The translations under genes and the position numbers were made by a program. Source: Candidatus Helarchaeota archaeon (GTDB taxonomy: Archaea; Asgardarchaeota; Lokiarchaeia; Helarchaeales; RDOG01). Taken from it: a stretch of DNA of 64,000 nt. The stretch lies in the NCBI GenBank assembly GCA_019058315.1, contig JAHPZH010000003.1:105669-169668 (forward strand), in the 5' to 3' direction. A model generated the notes under the pieces. That model worked only from the letters and a program-made list of their open reading frames with translations, had not been told where the DNA came from and ran no database searches. Of this stretch, positions 29,636 to 39,871 are shown one piece after another (the stretch's first letter is position 1; the number at the start of each line of letters is the position of its first letter).

Positions 29636-31102
29636 TTATTTATTTAGTTCTTTTCGTCTTTCTTCCAAATTAAAATCTATATTTACATTTCTAAACACTA
29701 AAAGCCCTAGAACCATGAATATTACTGTAATGGGTCCAAACCATAGGTATCCTGATGAAACCAATTTAGGAATTGGGTCGAATGAAAATGGAAATTTATC
29801 TAATAAGAAGCTCATCCAAATAAATATTTGATTTGGATTAGGTAAATCTTGCGTACTAAGTAAAACAATCCATGTTTTAATATTCGATTCTGTGAAAATG
29901 ATTGGAAGATAGGGTAAAAAGCCAAATATTAATCCAGAGAGAATCATAGCAGGTGCTTGGAATATATTTAGATATAATTCTTTAACACCCCAATATAATC
30001 CTGCTTTGTGTTGTTCTCCAGTTCTAAGTTCGTCATCTTCAGCAAAATCGGCCATAACCACATAAGGGAAGAGATACCAAGAAGAAATCCCAGCAGCAAC
30101 GAGTCCAATGTAAATAAAACCTAAAAATTCAATTCTGATTATGCCTATAATTAGCGAAAATGGTACAAAAATAGTAAATACTATTAAAGCAGATTTCAAT
30201 GCATAATGTTTGGATTTCTTTTTAGATAATCTACTCCATATAGTCCAGAGAAAGATTACAGATAGGAAAAGTATGAGAGCTGCAATAATATATTGAGTTA
30301 ATCCAAATAATAATACATTTTGCATAAATCCGAGGACTGAATTTATAACTATTGTAAAAACTATTGCGAAACAGCCTTGAGCAAGCTGCCACGTCATAAA
30401 ATTCTTGTTTCTCCAAGTTATTTTTAACCCATCTATCAAGCTACGTTCGATCTTAACGCTTGGATCTTCCTTGAGTTTGAATAAAGGTGTAACATAACCA
30501 CAGATTTCAATGAGCCCAAAGATTATTATAATAATAGGCAATATTGACAGCCCTTTACCTGTGAAGGCTGCTGGAAATAATATGGTTACTATTGCAGAAA
30601 TCCCAACAGCTAAAACATTAAAGAAATTTTGGTAGGCAGAAACCTCAATTCTTTCATGTTCTTGTGTTAATTCTCTCATCCAGGCTTGGTAAGGTGAGAG
30701 CAAGAACCCATAGAAGAAATTGAAAGCACAAATGAATATTAATAAGTAGAGGAATAAAAGAACTTCATTTCCTAGTGATACTCCAAGAATTTTAATAAGA
30801 TTTAATCCAAATATATGAGGGATGAATAGCAAAGTAAATGATATCGCTAATGCAGGTGCACCAATGAGAATATATGGTTTTCTTCTACCAAATTTAGTAT
30901 TAGTTTTATCAGATATATATCCAAAAAAAAATCCACTAAAAGCAATGGTGAATTTTCCCATCCCTGTAGCTATACCACTAAGAATTGGTTCTAAATTAAA
31001 GATTTCAAAATAGAGATAGAAACTTAGAAAACTTACCAAATCTAATAAAAGAGAACTACCAAAACGACCGCTTCCATATATTATTTTGTCTTTTTTTTCC
31101 AT
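29636..31102 (-). CDS. MFS transporter, GPH/MelB (MFS_2) family
   Basis: GYISDKTNTKFGRRKPYIL, PYQAW...ELT...ER, MADFAEDDELRTGE. Confidence 0.92.
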   Translation of the reverse strand: MEKKDKIIYGSGRFGSSLLLDLVSFLSFYLYFEIFNLEPILSGIATGMGKFTIAFSGFFFGYISDKTNTKFGRRKPYILIGAPALAISFTLLFIPHIFGLNLIKILGVSLGNEVLLFLYLLIFICAFNFFYGFLLSPYQAWMRELTQEHERIEVSAYQNFFNVLAVGISAIVTILFPAAFTGKGLSILPIIIIIFGLIEICGYVTPLFKLKEDPSVKIERSLIDGLKITWRNKNFMTWQLAQGCFAIVFTIVINSVLGFMQNVLLFGLTQYIIAALILFLSVIFLWTIWSRLSKKKSKHYALKSALIVFTIFVPFSLIIGIIRIEFLGFIYIGLVAAGISSWYLFPYVVMADFAEDDELRTGEQHKAGLYWGVKELYLNIFQAPAMILSGLIFGFLPYLPIIFTESNIKTWIVLLSTQDLPNPNQIFIWMSFLLDKFPFSFDPIPKLVSSGYLWFGPITVIFMVLGLLVFRNVNIDFNLEERRKELNK

Positions 31103-31111
31103 CGTAATGAC

Positions 31112-32566
31112 CTAAGATTTAGATTTTCTTCTTTCTTCTAAATTGAAATCAATTTTTACTCTTTTAAAAACTAAGTGCCCTAATATCATAAAGATTACAC
31201 AGATTGGTCCAAAGAAAATATAACCTGAGGTTACAGGATTAGGCAATTCTAAAGAGAGTTTACCTGTGAAATAACTTAGAATAAGGAATATTTGACCTTC
31301 TGAATCTAGTTCTCTAAATATTGATAATATAATTATGGTTTGTTTATTAGTATCATTGAGAATATAACCGAGAGAAGGCAATACACTAAAAATAATTCCA
31401 GTAACTAACATTGCAAACGCTTGGAAGATATTAAGCGGTATACTATTGAAACCAGTATACATTCCTGCTCTCTTTTCTCCCGTCCTAAGTTCATCATCTT
31501 CAGCCATATCGGCAATTATTACATAAGGGAACAGATACCAGCTGCTAATCGACGAAGCCAAAAGTGCAATATAAATATATCCAAATAATTCATTTGGAAT
31601 AAGACCAAATATCGATAAGGGTATAATTATTGTAAACATGATTAAAGAAATTGAAAGTGACCAATGTTTTGATCTCTTATTTGACATAATAGACCAAGTC
31701 TTCCACATAATGATTATTACAATAAGAAGTATAACTGAAGCGATAATTAATTCAAAGGTAGAATACATCAAAATGCGTTGAACAAAACCAAGAACACTAT
31801 TAATAATAATTGTAAATGCGATCGAGAAAAAACCTTGAGCAACCATCCATAACATATAATTTTTATTTTCCCAAACTACTTTTAATTCTGTTTTTAAATT
31901 TGGTTGTGAGACAAATCTTTCCATGTCTTCTTCTAATGTTATAAATGGAAGTATATAACCCACAATCTCAATTATACCACAAACTATGACTACATAAGGA
32001 ATTAAAGCCATCCCTTTTCCCGTAAATGCAATAGGGAACATAAAAGTAATTATTGTTGCTGCTCCTGCTGCAGCAACATTAAAAAAGTTCATATACGCGG
32101 AGACCTCTATCCGCTCATGTTCTTCTGTTAGTTCTGGCATCCAAGCTTGATAAGGAGTTAAAAGAAATCCATAGAAAAAATTAAAACTACTACTAAAAAT
32201 AAGTAAATAGATAAATAATGAAAGATCATCCCCTGAAACAGTCATTCCAAATACTTTTACTATATTTAAATTAAAGATATGAGGGATAAAAAGCATAATA
32301 AATGTAAATGCAAGACAAGGGGCTCCTACGAGTATAAATGGTTTCCGTCTGCCCCACCTCGATTTTATTTTATCAGAGATATATCCCATATGAAACCCAG
32401 AATATGCAATTACTAATTTTGCAATAGCATTAGCTACTCCATTCAAAAATGGATTTAGAAGAAAGATTTCAAAATAGAGATAAAAACTAAGAAAACCAAC
32501 TAATTGAAGTAAAATTGAAGAACCTAATCTGCCACTACCATAAATTATTTTATCTCTTTTCTTCAT
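31112..32566 (-). CDS. MFS transporter, GPH/MelB (MFS_2) family, tandem paralog
   Basis: GYISDKIKSRWGRRKPFIL, PYQAWMPELT, IADMAEDDELRTGEKRAGMY. Confidence 0.92.
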   Translation of the reverse strand: MKKRDKIIYGSGRLGSSILLQLVGFLSFYLYFEIFLLNPFLNGVANAIAKLVIAYSGFHMGYISDKIKSRWGRRKPFILVGAPCLAFTFIMLFIPHIFNLNIVKVFGMTVSGDDLSLFIYLLIFSSSFNFFYGFLLTPYQAWMPELTEEHERIEVSAYMNFFNVAAAGAATIITFMFPIAFTGKGMALIPYVVIVCGIIEIVGYILPFITLEEDMERFVSQPNLKTELKVVWENKNYMLWMVAQGFFSIAFTIIINSVLGFVQRILMYSTFELIIASVILLIVIIIMWKTWSIMSNKRSKHWSLSISLIMFTIIIPLSIFGLIPNELFGYIYIALLASSISSWYLFPYVIIADMAEDDELRTGEKRAGMYTGFNSIPLNIFQAFAMLVTGIIFSVLPSLGYILNDTNKQTIIILSIFRELDSEGQIFLILSYFTGKLSLELPNPVTSGYIFFGPICVIFMILGHLVFKRVKIDFNLEERRKSKS

Positions 32567-32594
32567 TTTTTTACCATCCTATATAATAAAAAAG

Positions 32595-33455
32595 TCAAAA
32601 TTTTAAATCGGGATAGTTTTCCCTAATTAGTTTTACAGATTTTAAAGCATCTTTAAAAGTTAATTCAAAAACAAGGGGGCCTTTAAAACCTTCATCTCTG
32701 AATAACCCAATCGCGTCCATGGGAAAACTGCCGTCCCCAATTGCAATATGGTCGTCAGGTCGTCCATCAACAATATGTCCATCATTTAAATGAATTTCTA
32801 TAAGTCTATCCTTATGTTTTTCGAAGAATTCTTGAACAGAAAGCCCAGTATAGTCGTAGCCGCAAATTAGATGTCCTGTATCAAAACAAATAGAGAGATC
32901 ATACTTATCGATAATTTTTCTCGTAGCTTCAAACGGAAATTCTATATTTTCAACCGCTATTTTCTTGGGATCTACATCTACGTTCTTTAAAATTTTTTCC
33001 ACACTTTCAGAAGCAAAACCGTTCATTACATGAGTAAGAGCACTTTTAAATTCAGGCGGAATTTTCTGTATTCGGGAAAATTCTGCAGCTAGGGACCCAG
33101 TTAGATGTAATACATATGCTACAGGATCTAGCATCTTCGTACGTTCTATACATTCCACCATACACTGAACTGAGGCATCCCTTATTCTAGCATTAGGACC
33201 TGCAAGCTCAGTTGACCATAAAGGTAGATGAACGGAATATGTTATTCCAGTATTATCTTGTTTAATTTTAAGTAATTTTTTTATTATTCTTTTCGAAAGC
33301 GACGTGGGAAGAACATATTCTAAGTCCATTGTAATTTCTAGATGTTTAAAACCAGCATTTATTGCTTTTTTTACAAGCAAAGGGAATTTAAGGTTCCTTA
33401 AATCTAGGTCTGCATCGATTACATCAAAATTTATTGGTGTAATTCCAAAAAACAA
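32595..33455 (-). CDS. Xylose-isomerase-like / AP-endonuclease-2 TIM barrel metalloenzyme
   Basis: SVHLP, VLH, AVEN, CFDTGH, EIHLNDG, DDH..IGDG, LVFE. Confidence 0.85.
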   Translation of the reverse strand: MFFGITPINFDVIDADLDLRNLKFPLLVKKAINAGFKHLEITMDLEYVLPTSLSKRIIKKLLKIKQDNTGITYSVHLPLWSTELAGPNARIRDASVQCMVECIERTKMLDPVAYVLHLTGSLAAEFSRIQKIPPEFKSALTHVMNGFASESVEKILKNVDVDPKKIAVENIEFPFEATRKIIDKYDLSICFDTGHLICGYDYTGLSVQEFFEKHKDRLIEIHLNDGHIVDGRPDDHIAIGDGSFPMDAIGLFRDEGFKGPLVFELTFKDALKSVKLIRENYPDLKF

Positions 33456-33492
33456 AAAAAAAACTCCTTCAACACCATATTAAATTTCATTT

Positions 33493-34323
33493 TTATGAAG
33501 AATATGCCAAATTTTTACCTAAATGATAGAATAAGATACTTGTTAAAGGTATTCCTAAAAATAATGAGAAAAAAGTAGAGAAAAATTCGAATAATCTTTG
33601 AAAATCTACAACATATAAAGCAAATCCTAAAATAATAAAACAAGACATAGAAATTATAAAAATTCTTTTTTTCGTAGATTTGTCAATTTTTTCCTCTAGA
33701 AATGTATAATATTTATTAAAAAGTAGAGTTACATAACATAGTAATATGAAAACGAGAACTCCCATGTAGAAACCAAAAACTCGATAATCCTTTGATTCTA
33801 CTTGTAAAAAATCTCGCCAAGGAACGAGGTCATAGTTACTATCCCATCTTTGTGTATACCAACTCGTTTGAGTTCCGCACCATAAAAAATCGTGGAAGAA
33901 TGAACCTGCTAATCCTAACGCAATAAGTGAAATCAAAATAATAAATAAAAAACCTTGTTTAATATTTGTAGAATATTTCATATAAGCAGAAGTTCCAATA
34001 AATCCCAAGCCCATAGGTAAAAATATAAATGAAAACAATGAAAAAAAGAGAAAATAATTAATTTCATCCACTTGAGATGAAAATTTTAACCCTAATATAT
34101 GTGGATTGTAAAAGATTATTGATATCATTGCTATAATAACGATAGTGGTGCCACAATAAAGCAGAAAATTCTTCCAGAGTTTTTTATATGTTATGACTTT
34201 TTCATTATAATAAAAAACCAAAGATTTCCATTGAGGTAAAAATAAAGGCAGACATAATATACAACCCACTATTCCATAAATTAATAATACGTGATAACTT
34301 CCATCTAAAAACAATAAATACAC
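33493..34323 (-). CDS. Multi-pass membrane protein of unknown function
   Basis: About 7 hydrophobic segments; FFHDFLWCG motif. Confidence 0.75.
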   Translation of the reverse strand: MYLLFLDGSYHVLLIYGIVGCILCLPLFLPQWKSLVFYYNEKVITYKKLWKNFLLYCGTTIVIIAMISIIFYNPHILGLKFSSQVDEINYFLFFSLFSFIFLPMGLGFIGTSAYMKYSTNIKQGFLFIILISLIALGLAGSFFHDFLWCGTQTSWYTQRWDSNYDLVPWRDFLQVESKDYRVFGFYMGVLVFILLCYVTLLFNKYYTFLEEKIDKSTKKRIFIISMSCFIILGFALYVVDFQRLFEFFSTFFSLFLGIPLTSILFYHLGKNLAYSS

Positions 34324-34324
34324 C

Positions 34325-35419
34325 TTATAGATCTACTAATTTCCTCGAGTTTGAAGATCTATAAGCTGCTTCTACAATTTCATGTGCTCTTAATCCTATT
34401 TCTAAACTTGGTTGAGGGAGGGTTTCCTCTATAAGAGATTTTATAAAAGCAAAATTTTCATAGGTATATATACCAGCCCCAGTTTTAAGCCTTGGAAGAT
34501 TTTTGGATTCAATATATAGATTATTTATTTCCCTATAACTTGATGATATTTCTATTTTTTTTCTTTTTATTTTTCCTTTTAACGATTTAAAGGAAGCACC
34601 GGTATATTTTTGCAAAATTATATTTCCATTTTCAAAATAAAGTTCAAGATGTCGAAAGTCTCTCCTAATTTTATGCCAAATGCTTGTTAAAACACCAGTT
34701 CCACCATTTTGAAATTCAAAATTTAGAATTGCAAGATCTTCTAACCCTGCTTGGGCTTCTGGTGAAACATATCTAATTTTTGAAAATAAATTCTTCATAG
34801 AACCAAAGAGAAATTCTAAAATATCAACATCATGTATTGAATGTTCGAATAAACATCCTGCATGTGCAACTGTCTTATCTTTTCTCCAATCAGAAACATG
34901 CGTAGAACCTGCAATTGGCCACTCTTGATCATCAATCATAATTGTAGTTAGTAATTTCCCTAATGCTTCTTTATTATCTTCAATATATCTTTTAATATAC
35001 CAAAAAATTGGACAAAATCTTAGTACTAAACCAACTTGAGCAAAGATATTATTCCTATCCCTCGCTTTAATCATTTCTTTGATGTCAGATAAAGTAAAAG
35101 CAAGTGGTTTTTCACAAAAAATATGTTTTCCCTTTTCTGCTGCGGAAAGAAAAAACTCCTTATGATATCTAGTCGGAGTTAAAATATAGACTACATTAAT
35201 TGAATCATCATTAATAATATCCATTGGATTTGAAGTTGTTTCCTTTGTTCCAGTTATATTACAAAATCTTTCAATGGCCTTTTGATCTATATCTGCTACT
35301 TTTTTTAAAGTTATAGAAGTATCCTTAAAAAATGGATTATTTATTAGACTCTTTACGGAAAGTCCGTGAGCAAGAGATATTAATCCAGTTCCAATAAAAC
35401 CAATGTTGAGTTCTTTCAA
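34325..35419 (-). CDS. Gfo/Idh/MocA family NAD(P)-dependent oxidoreductase
   Basis: IGFIGTGLIS, TPTRYH, KHIFCEKPLA, EHSIHDVD. Start placed at TTG 35419 (the ORF track gives 35467). Confidence 0.92.
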   Translation of the reverse strand: MKELNIGFIGTGLISLAHGLSVKSLINNPFFKDTSITLKKVADIDQKAIERFCNITGTKETTSNPMDIINDDSINVVYILTPTRYHKEFFLSAAEKGKHIFCEKPLAFTLSDIKEMIKARDRNNIFAQVGLVLRFCPIFWYIKRYIEDNKEALGKLLTTIMIDDQEWPIAGSTHVSDWRKDKTVAHAGCLFEHSIHDVDILEFLFGSMKNLFSKIRYVSPEAQAGLEDLAILNFEFQNGGTGVLTSIWHKIRRDFRHLELYFENGNIILQKYTGASFKSLKGKIKRKKIEISSSYREINNLYIESKNLPRLKTGAGIYTYENFAFIKSLIEETLPQPSLEIGLRAHEIVEAAYRSSNSRKLVDL

Positions 35420-35591
35420 ATAATAGACCAACCATAATATTATAACTAATGTTATAAATTCAAACACATTATAAGATTTAATCCTTTTTATGCAAATTTA
35501 ATTTGGAATGTTATAAAAATTGCTAATTTCTATAAATTTAAATTGTTAGATTTTTTATATCATAAAATAGAATGTAGTTTGATGAAAATTA

Positions 35592-36440
35592 TTGAATATT
35601 GAAGATTTAATATTTTTGATTTTAATTTGGATAGGAAATTGGGATATAAGCGGAACAATAAATTGTTGGATAGGATTTTTAATTTTTGGTACTATAACTG
35701 GAACGCTTATTTTAATTGGATATATTATTAAAAATAAAGAAGCGAAATTTTTGCTAAATATGATGGCATCTGTCTTTTTATTAGTACCAAACATATTTGC
35801 ATTTAGTCTAGTGGCTCGAAATTATATATTTAATATTTATATTGCTTTAATCCTTTTTTTCTTATCCAATGGGTTTATAATTTATACTATAATCCAGGGT
35901 AAGAAGGTGTATAAAGAATTAATATTAGAAGGAAAAATATTTCCTTCTAGGTCACAAATTCAAAAATTATCTCGCAGTGATGTCTCTAACTTGGAATTAG
36001 CAAGTAGAATTTATGAACGGAAGGGTAGCTCTAATCCAAAAATTTATGAAAAAGTAAGACTAGGTGATGAATTTGAAATTCCATCTAAGCAGTTGATATG
36101 CTCTATTTGCGATTATAAAAACCCAAGTGATTCTAGAATATGTAGATCCTGTTATAGTAAATTTTTAACCTGTTTAATTTGTAATAAACCGATTAGTAAG
36201 GACGAAGAAATATTTTGTCCATATTGTAGTGCTCCTTATCATGAAAGAGAATTTCTTGAATGGTTAAAAATAAAAGCCCATTGTAAAAATTGTAAAAAAG
36301 ATTTAGATTTATGGGAATTTCAAAAATATTTGGAAGAACGCGAAAAAGATAATGAATTATATTCAAAATTATGTATAAAATGTAAAAAATTTATTCCAAT
36401 AGATGCAAATTTTTGTATTTATTGTGGAGAAAAAAAATAA
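35592..36440 (+). CDS. Membrane protein with zinc ribbons and a RING-like domain
   Basis: About 3 TM; CSIC..CRSC; CLIC-x12-CPYC-x4-H-xx-EFLEW-x6-CKNC; CIKC..FCIYCG. Confidence 0.75.
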   Translation: MNIEDLIFLILIWIGNWDISGTINCWIGFLIFGTITGTLILIGYIIKNKEAKFLLNMMASVFLLVPNIFAFSLVARNYIFNIYIALILFFLSNGFIIYTIIQGKKVYKELILEGKIFPSRSQIQKLSRSDVSNLELASRIYERKGSSNPKIYEKVRLGDEFEIPSKQLICSICDYKNPSDSRICRSCYSKFLTCLICNKPISKDEEIFCPYCSAPYHEREFLEWLKIKAHCKNCKKDLDLWEFQKYLEEREKDNELYSKLCIKCKKFIPIDANFCIYCGEKK

Positions 36441-36471
36441 TTATGAATTAAAGAATAAGGAAATTTATTAT

Positions 36472-37257
36472 ATGCACGTATATACTCCAACAATTACTCA
36501 AGAAGCTTTACTCCAGACTATGATATTAATAATTGGCATTTTATCTATAGTAGGTTGTGTTAGATATTTAATCAGAAAGCAATCTTCAACGGGAAAGAAA
36601 ATTTTTGATATAATTTTATTATTTTGGTTATTAGGAGAAAATTTTCCAATAATAGGTTACTTTTATCAAGGAGGTATTTTGTTTCTATTTGCTCTTGGAT
36701 ATTTAACATTTTCTATTAGCATTTTATTGTATTTAATAATATTTAGAAAAAGAGTGTATCCAAAAAATGTTGATAAAATAATAGAATATTATGGAACACA
36801 AGGAAATGATCTAGATCATTTAACTTCTGCTGAAACCGGAGAATCATCAGAAGAAAAAATTCTTCCTAAGGTCAAATTAGGTAAAGGGTTTTATAAGCTC
36901 TATAAGTATACCATTTGTCCTGTTTGTAATAAGAAAAATTTACTTACTTCAAGCACATGTAAATACTGTTTAACTAAATTTGCACGATGTAATCTTTGTC
37001 AAAATTACATAGGAAAAGAAGATGTTGTTTATTGTCCTTCTTGTAAAGCCACGTATCACAAATTAGAATTTCTAGAATGGTTAAAAGTTAAAGCTTTTTG
37101 TGTCAGATGTAAGAAAGAATTAGATTTATGGGAATTTCAAAAATATTTGGAAGAAAATAAACAAGAAGGTCAATTACCTTCAAAATTCTGTATAAACTGC
37201 GGAAGATATATTCCAATAGATGCAAATTTTTGTATTTATTGTGGATTAAAATTTTAA
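36472..37257 (+). CDS. Membrane protein with zinc ribbons and a RING-like domain (tandem paralog)
   Basis: 3 TM; CPVC..CKYC; CNLC...CPSCKATYHKLEFLEWLKVKAFCVRC; CINC..FCIYCG. Start moved to ATG 36472 to remove the overlap. Confidence 0.75.
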   Translation: MHVYTPTITQEALLQTMILIIGILSIVGCVRYLIRKQSSTGKKIFDIILLFWLLGENFPIIGYFYQGGILFLFALGYLTFSISILLYLIIFRKRVYPKNVDKIIEYYGTQGNDLDHLTSAETGESSEEKILPKVKLGKGFYKLYKYTICPVCNKKNLLTSSTCKYCLTKFARCNLCQNYIGKEDVVYCPSCKATYHKLEFLEWLKVKAFCVRCKKELDLWEFQKYLEENKQEGQLPSKFCINCGRYIPIDANFCIYCGLKF

Positions 37258-37272
37258 CAAGGTTTTTTTACG

Positions 37273-38871
37273 TTATTTTTTATGCTTTTTTATTTTCTTA
37301 GTTTTTTTAGTTTTAATAGAATTTTCAGTATCTTCTGCTTTAGTTGATCCCTCTAACATCCCAATAAAATTGTCAACTGCTTTTTTAGTAGTTATTAATT
37401 CATCACCTTCAATGACAAACCCAAACTGAACAGCCCAACTAAAAATAATTTTATCAAAGGATTCTTTTTCCATTCCTAATGCGTTTTTCATCATATCCAA
37501 TTTAACCCTTTTAGATACTTGAAGAATATTTTTCAATTGATTTATTCTATCTCTATATGCTTTAAAGGCCATTACTGTTTGTTCTTCTTTCCCAAAAATC
37601 ACGTTATTACCTTTTATTCGTCCTTCAATTGTTCCTCTTAATATCAAATTCTCGATTAAATCTCCAATTTCGTCTGCTTTATTTCCAGTCCTCTCGGCAA
37701 TTTCATCAAAGGAAATTTCGTCGAAGATTTGTGATATTTTCTTTATATCCTTGATAGTTTCTACTAAATGTTTTAATTTTTTATCTCTTAATTCTTTCCT
37801 ACGTTTTTCTTCAAATTTTATTTGCCGTTCTTCATCTATTTTACTTTGTTCTTCGGTTTCTAAAGATTTTATTTGCTCCTCTTCTAACCTTTCCCGAATA
37901 TCTTTTTCCATTTTTCTTTGAAATTCCTCTAATTTTAATTGCGATTCGATTTTTTCTTCAAGTTTTTTAACATCCCATATTTTTGCAGTACTATCCCATG
38001 AACCACTTATGATATATTTCCCATCGGGAGAGAAATTAACAGAGTAAACAAAACTATCATGTGCTAATAAAGTTGTTTTTAATTCTACAGTCTGAAATTC
38101 CCATAATTTTACAGTTCTATCCCAAGATCCACTCACGATATATTTTCCATCAGGAGAAAAAGCAACTGTCTGCACCTCGGCATCATGTCCTACAATAGTA
38201 AAAAGAAGTCTCCCAGAGATTAGATCCCATACTTTAATTGAATTATCTTGAGACCCACTAATAATGAATTTTCCATCAGGAGAAATATCAACAGATTCTA
38301 CATTTCCTTCATGTCCTTTAAGTGTGTTAAGAAGTTTTCCAGATTCAATCTCCCAAACCTTAATTTCATTTTCCCATGACCCGCTGATTATATATCTTCC
38401 ATTAGGAGTGATTGCAACTGAATTTACCGTGCCAACATCTTCTTCAATCGAAAGAATCAATTTTCCAGTCATTAAACCCCAAATTTTTATTGTTTTATCA
38501 TAAGATCCGCTAATAATAAAATTACCATTGGGAGAGATAGCAACTGAACGCACTTCATCTTTATGTTTTTTCAAAGAACGTATATGTTTCCCAGATTCTA
38601 ATTCCCATACTCTAACTGATGAATCTTCGGATCCACTAACTAGATATTTTCCATTTGGAGAGATCGCTAATGAAGTAACACAATCCCCGTGACCTTTAAG
38701 AGTGTGGATAAGTTCACCGGTTGTGCTATCCCAAATTTTAATGGTATTTTCCCCCGAGTGAGATTCTCGTTCTTTACCAGATCCACTAATAAAATATTTC
38801 CCATCAGGCGAAAATATTACTGCATTTACATGATCGGAATGCTCAATATGAATTTTTGATATTCTCTCCAT
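37273..38871 (-). CDS. WD40 (7 repeats) - coiled coil - PCI-like winged-helix protein
   Basis: Seven GH...SPDGK.I.SGS.D..IK.WD repeats; ISFDEIAERTG...IENLILRGTIEGRI (PCI-type winged helix); second winged-helix-like domain. Confidence 0.88.
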   Translation of the reverse strand: MERISKIHIEHSDHVNAVIFSPDGKYFISGSGKERESHSGENTIKIWDSTTGELIHTLKGHGDCVTSLAISPNGKYLVSGSEDSSVRVWELESGKHIRSLKKHKDEVRSVAISPNGNFIISGSYDKTIKIWGLMTGKLILSIEEDVGTVNSVAITPNGRYIISGSWENEIKVWEIESGKLLNTLKGHEGNVESVDISPDGKFIISGSQDNSIKVWDLISGRLLFTIVGHDAEVQTVAFSPDGKYIVSGSWDRTVKLWEFQTVELKTTLLAHDSFVYSVNFSPDGKYIISGSWDSTAKIWDVKKLEEKIESQLKLEEFQRKMEKDIRERLEEEQIKSLETEEQSKIDEERQIKFEEKRRKELRDKKLKHLVETIKDIKKISQIFDEISFDEIAERTGNKADEIGDLIENLILRGTIEGRIKGNNVIFGKEEQTVMAFKAYRDRINQLKNILQVSKRVKLDMMKNALGMEKESFDKIIFSWAVQFGFVIEGDELITTKKAVDNFIGMLEGSTKAEDTENSIKTKKTKKIKKHKK

Positions 38872-39032
38872 GATTCCTAAATCTCGTAATTTTTATAGTT
38901 ATTAAAATATCATTATTTTGAATTTAAAAAGGTTTAATCATCAAATTTTTTTTTATAAATTAAAATGACTTCAGACATAAATTATTCACAAAAAATAATT
39001 TTTATATTAGAAATTTAAAGATTCTTGCCAAT

Positions 39033-39851
39033 CTATTTAATTAACTCATTTAATTTACAAAATTCCAAATCAATTTCTTCAAGCTTGTTTTTTACGTTAT
39101 TTTTTTGGTGAGAATTCATTCCTTTCCAATCTAATACGGCTAATTCGACTTTTTCCATGGTTCTTTCAATTGCTCTTTTAACCATTTGATCAATATTATC
39201 TAGTGCATACTTAGGTGCAATGTGAGAAGTAGCCACATCTGAATTGTAGATTAATCGGTTGAAATTGGGACAATAATGTGTCCCACCAAATCCTATAACA
39301 GTTTTATAACTATTTTTTGAAGATGCTACTTTCATAATTGCATTGGCTACTGCTTCTGCACCCACTTCATTCCTCCAATGCTCTTCATTACTGCCTAATT
39401 CAATAAAGACCAATGGTGTGGATAAATTGGTCGGCCCATGATGAGTAACTTCTAAACTTACTTCAAAATCAGATAAATCTAACTCTTCTTGTTGAATTTT
39501 TAATTCTAATAGTGCATCCTTAATAGCAAATGCAGGAGCTATTGCAAGTTGATGTGGATTCCCACCAAATAATGCCTCATTTGACCAATTTCCAGTAGAA
39601 TGAGTTAAAAGACTGGGGCGTTGTGATTCTGATTTATGTTTACTTCCAAAGATAAATAAATCAGTTTCAAATTTATCCAAATGATCGCAGAAAATTAACC
39701 TTTTATTTGTTATTATTAAATCAATATTTCTTATACGATATTTTGGATTGCCCTCGAATTTTCCATTTTCATTAAATTTATAATGCTTTAGAAGTTGACC
39801 TAATATGGTCTGACCTGCTAAATCTTGTTTTGAAATCACTATAGCTGGCAT
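39033..39851 (-). CDS. dtdA: Archaeal D-aminoacyl-tRNA deacylase
   Basis: SKHKSES..PSLLTHSTGN, EVTHHGPT, FIELGS, GFGGTHYCP, HIAPKY. Confidence 0.93.
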   Translation of the reverse strand: MPAIVISKQDLAGQTILGQLLKHYKFNENGKFEGNPKYRIRNIDLIITNKRLIFCDHLDKFETDLFIFGSKHKSESQRPSLLTHSTGNWSNEALFGGNPHQLAIAPAFAIKDALLELKIQQEELDLSDFEVSLEVTHHGPTNLSTPLVFIELGSNEEHWRNEVGAEAVANAIMKVASSKNSYKTVIGFGGTHYCPNFNRLIYNSDVATSHIAPKYALDNIDQMVKRAIERTMEKVELAVLDWKGMNSHQKNNVKNKLEEIDLEFCKLNELIK

Positions 39852-39871
39852 GTCTAATCTTCAAAAATAAA

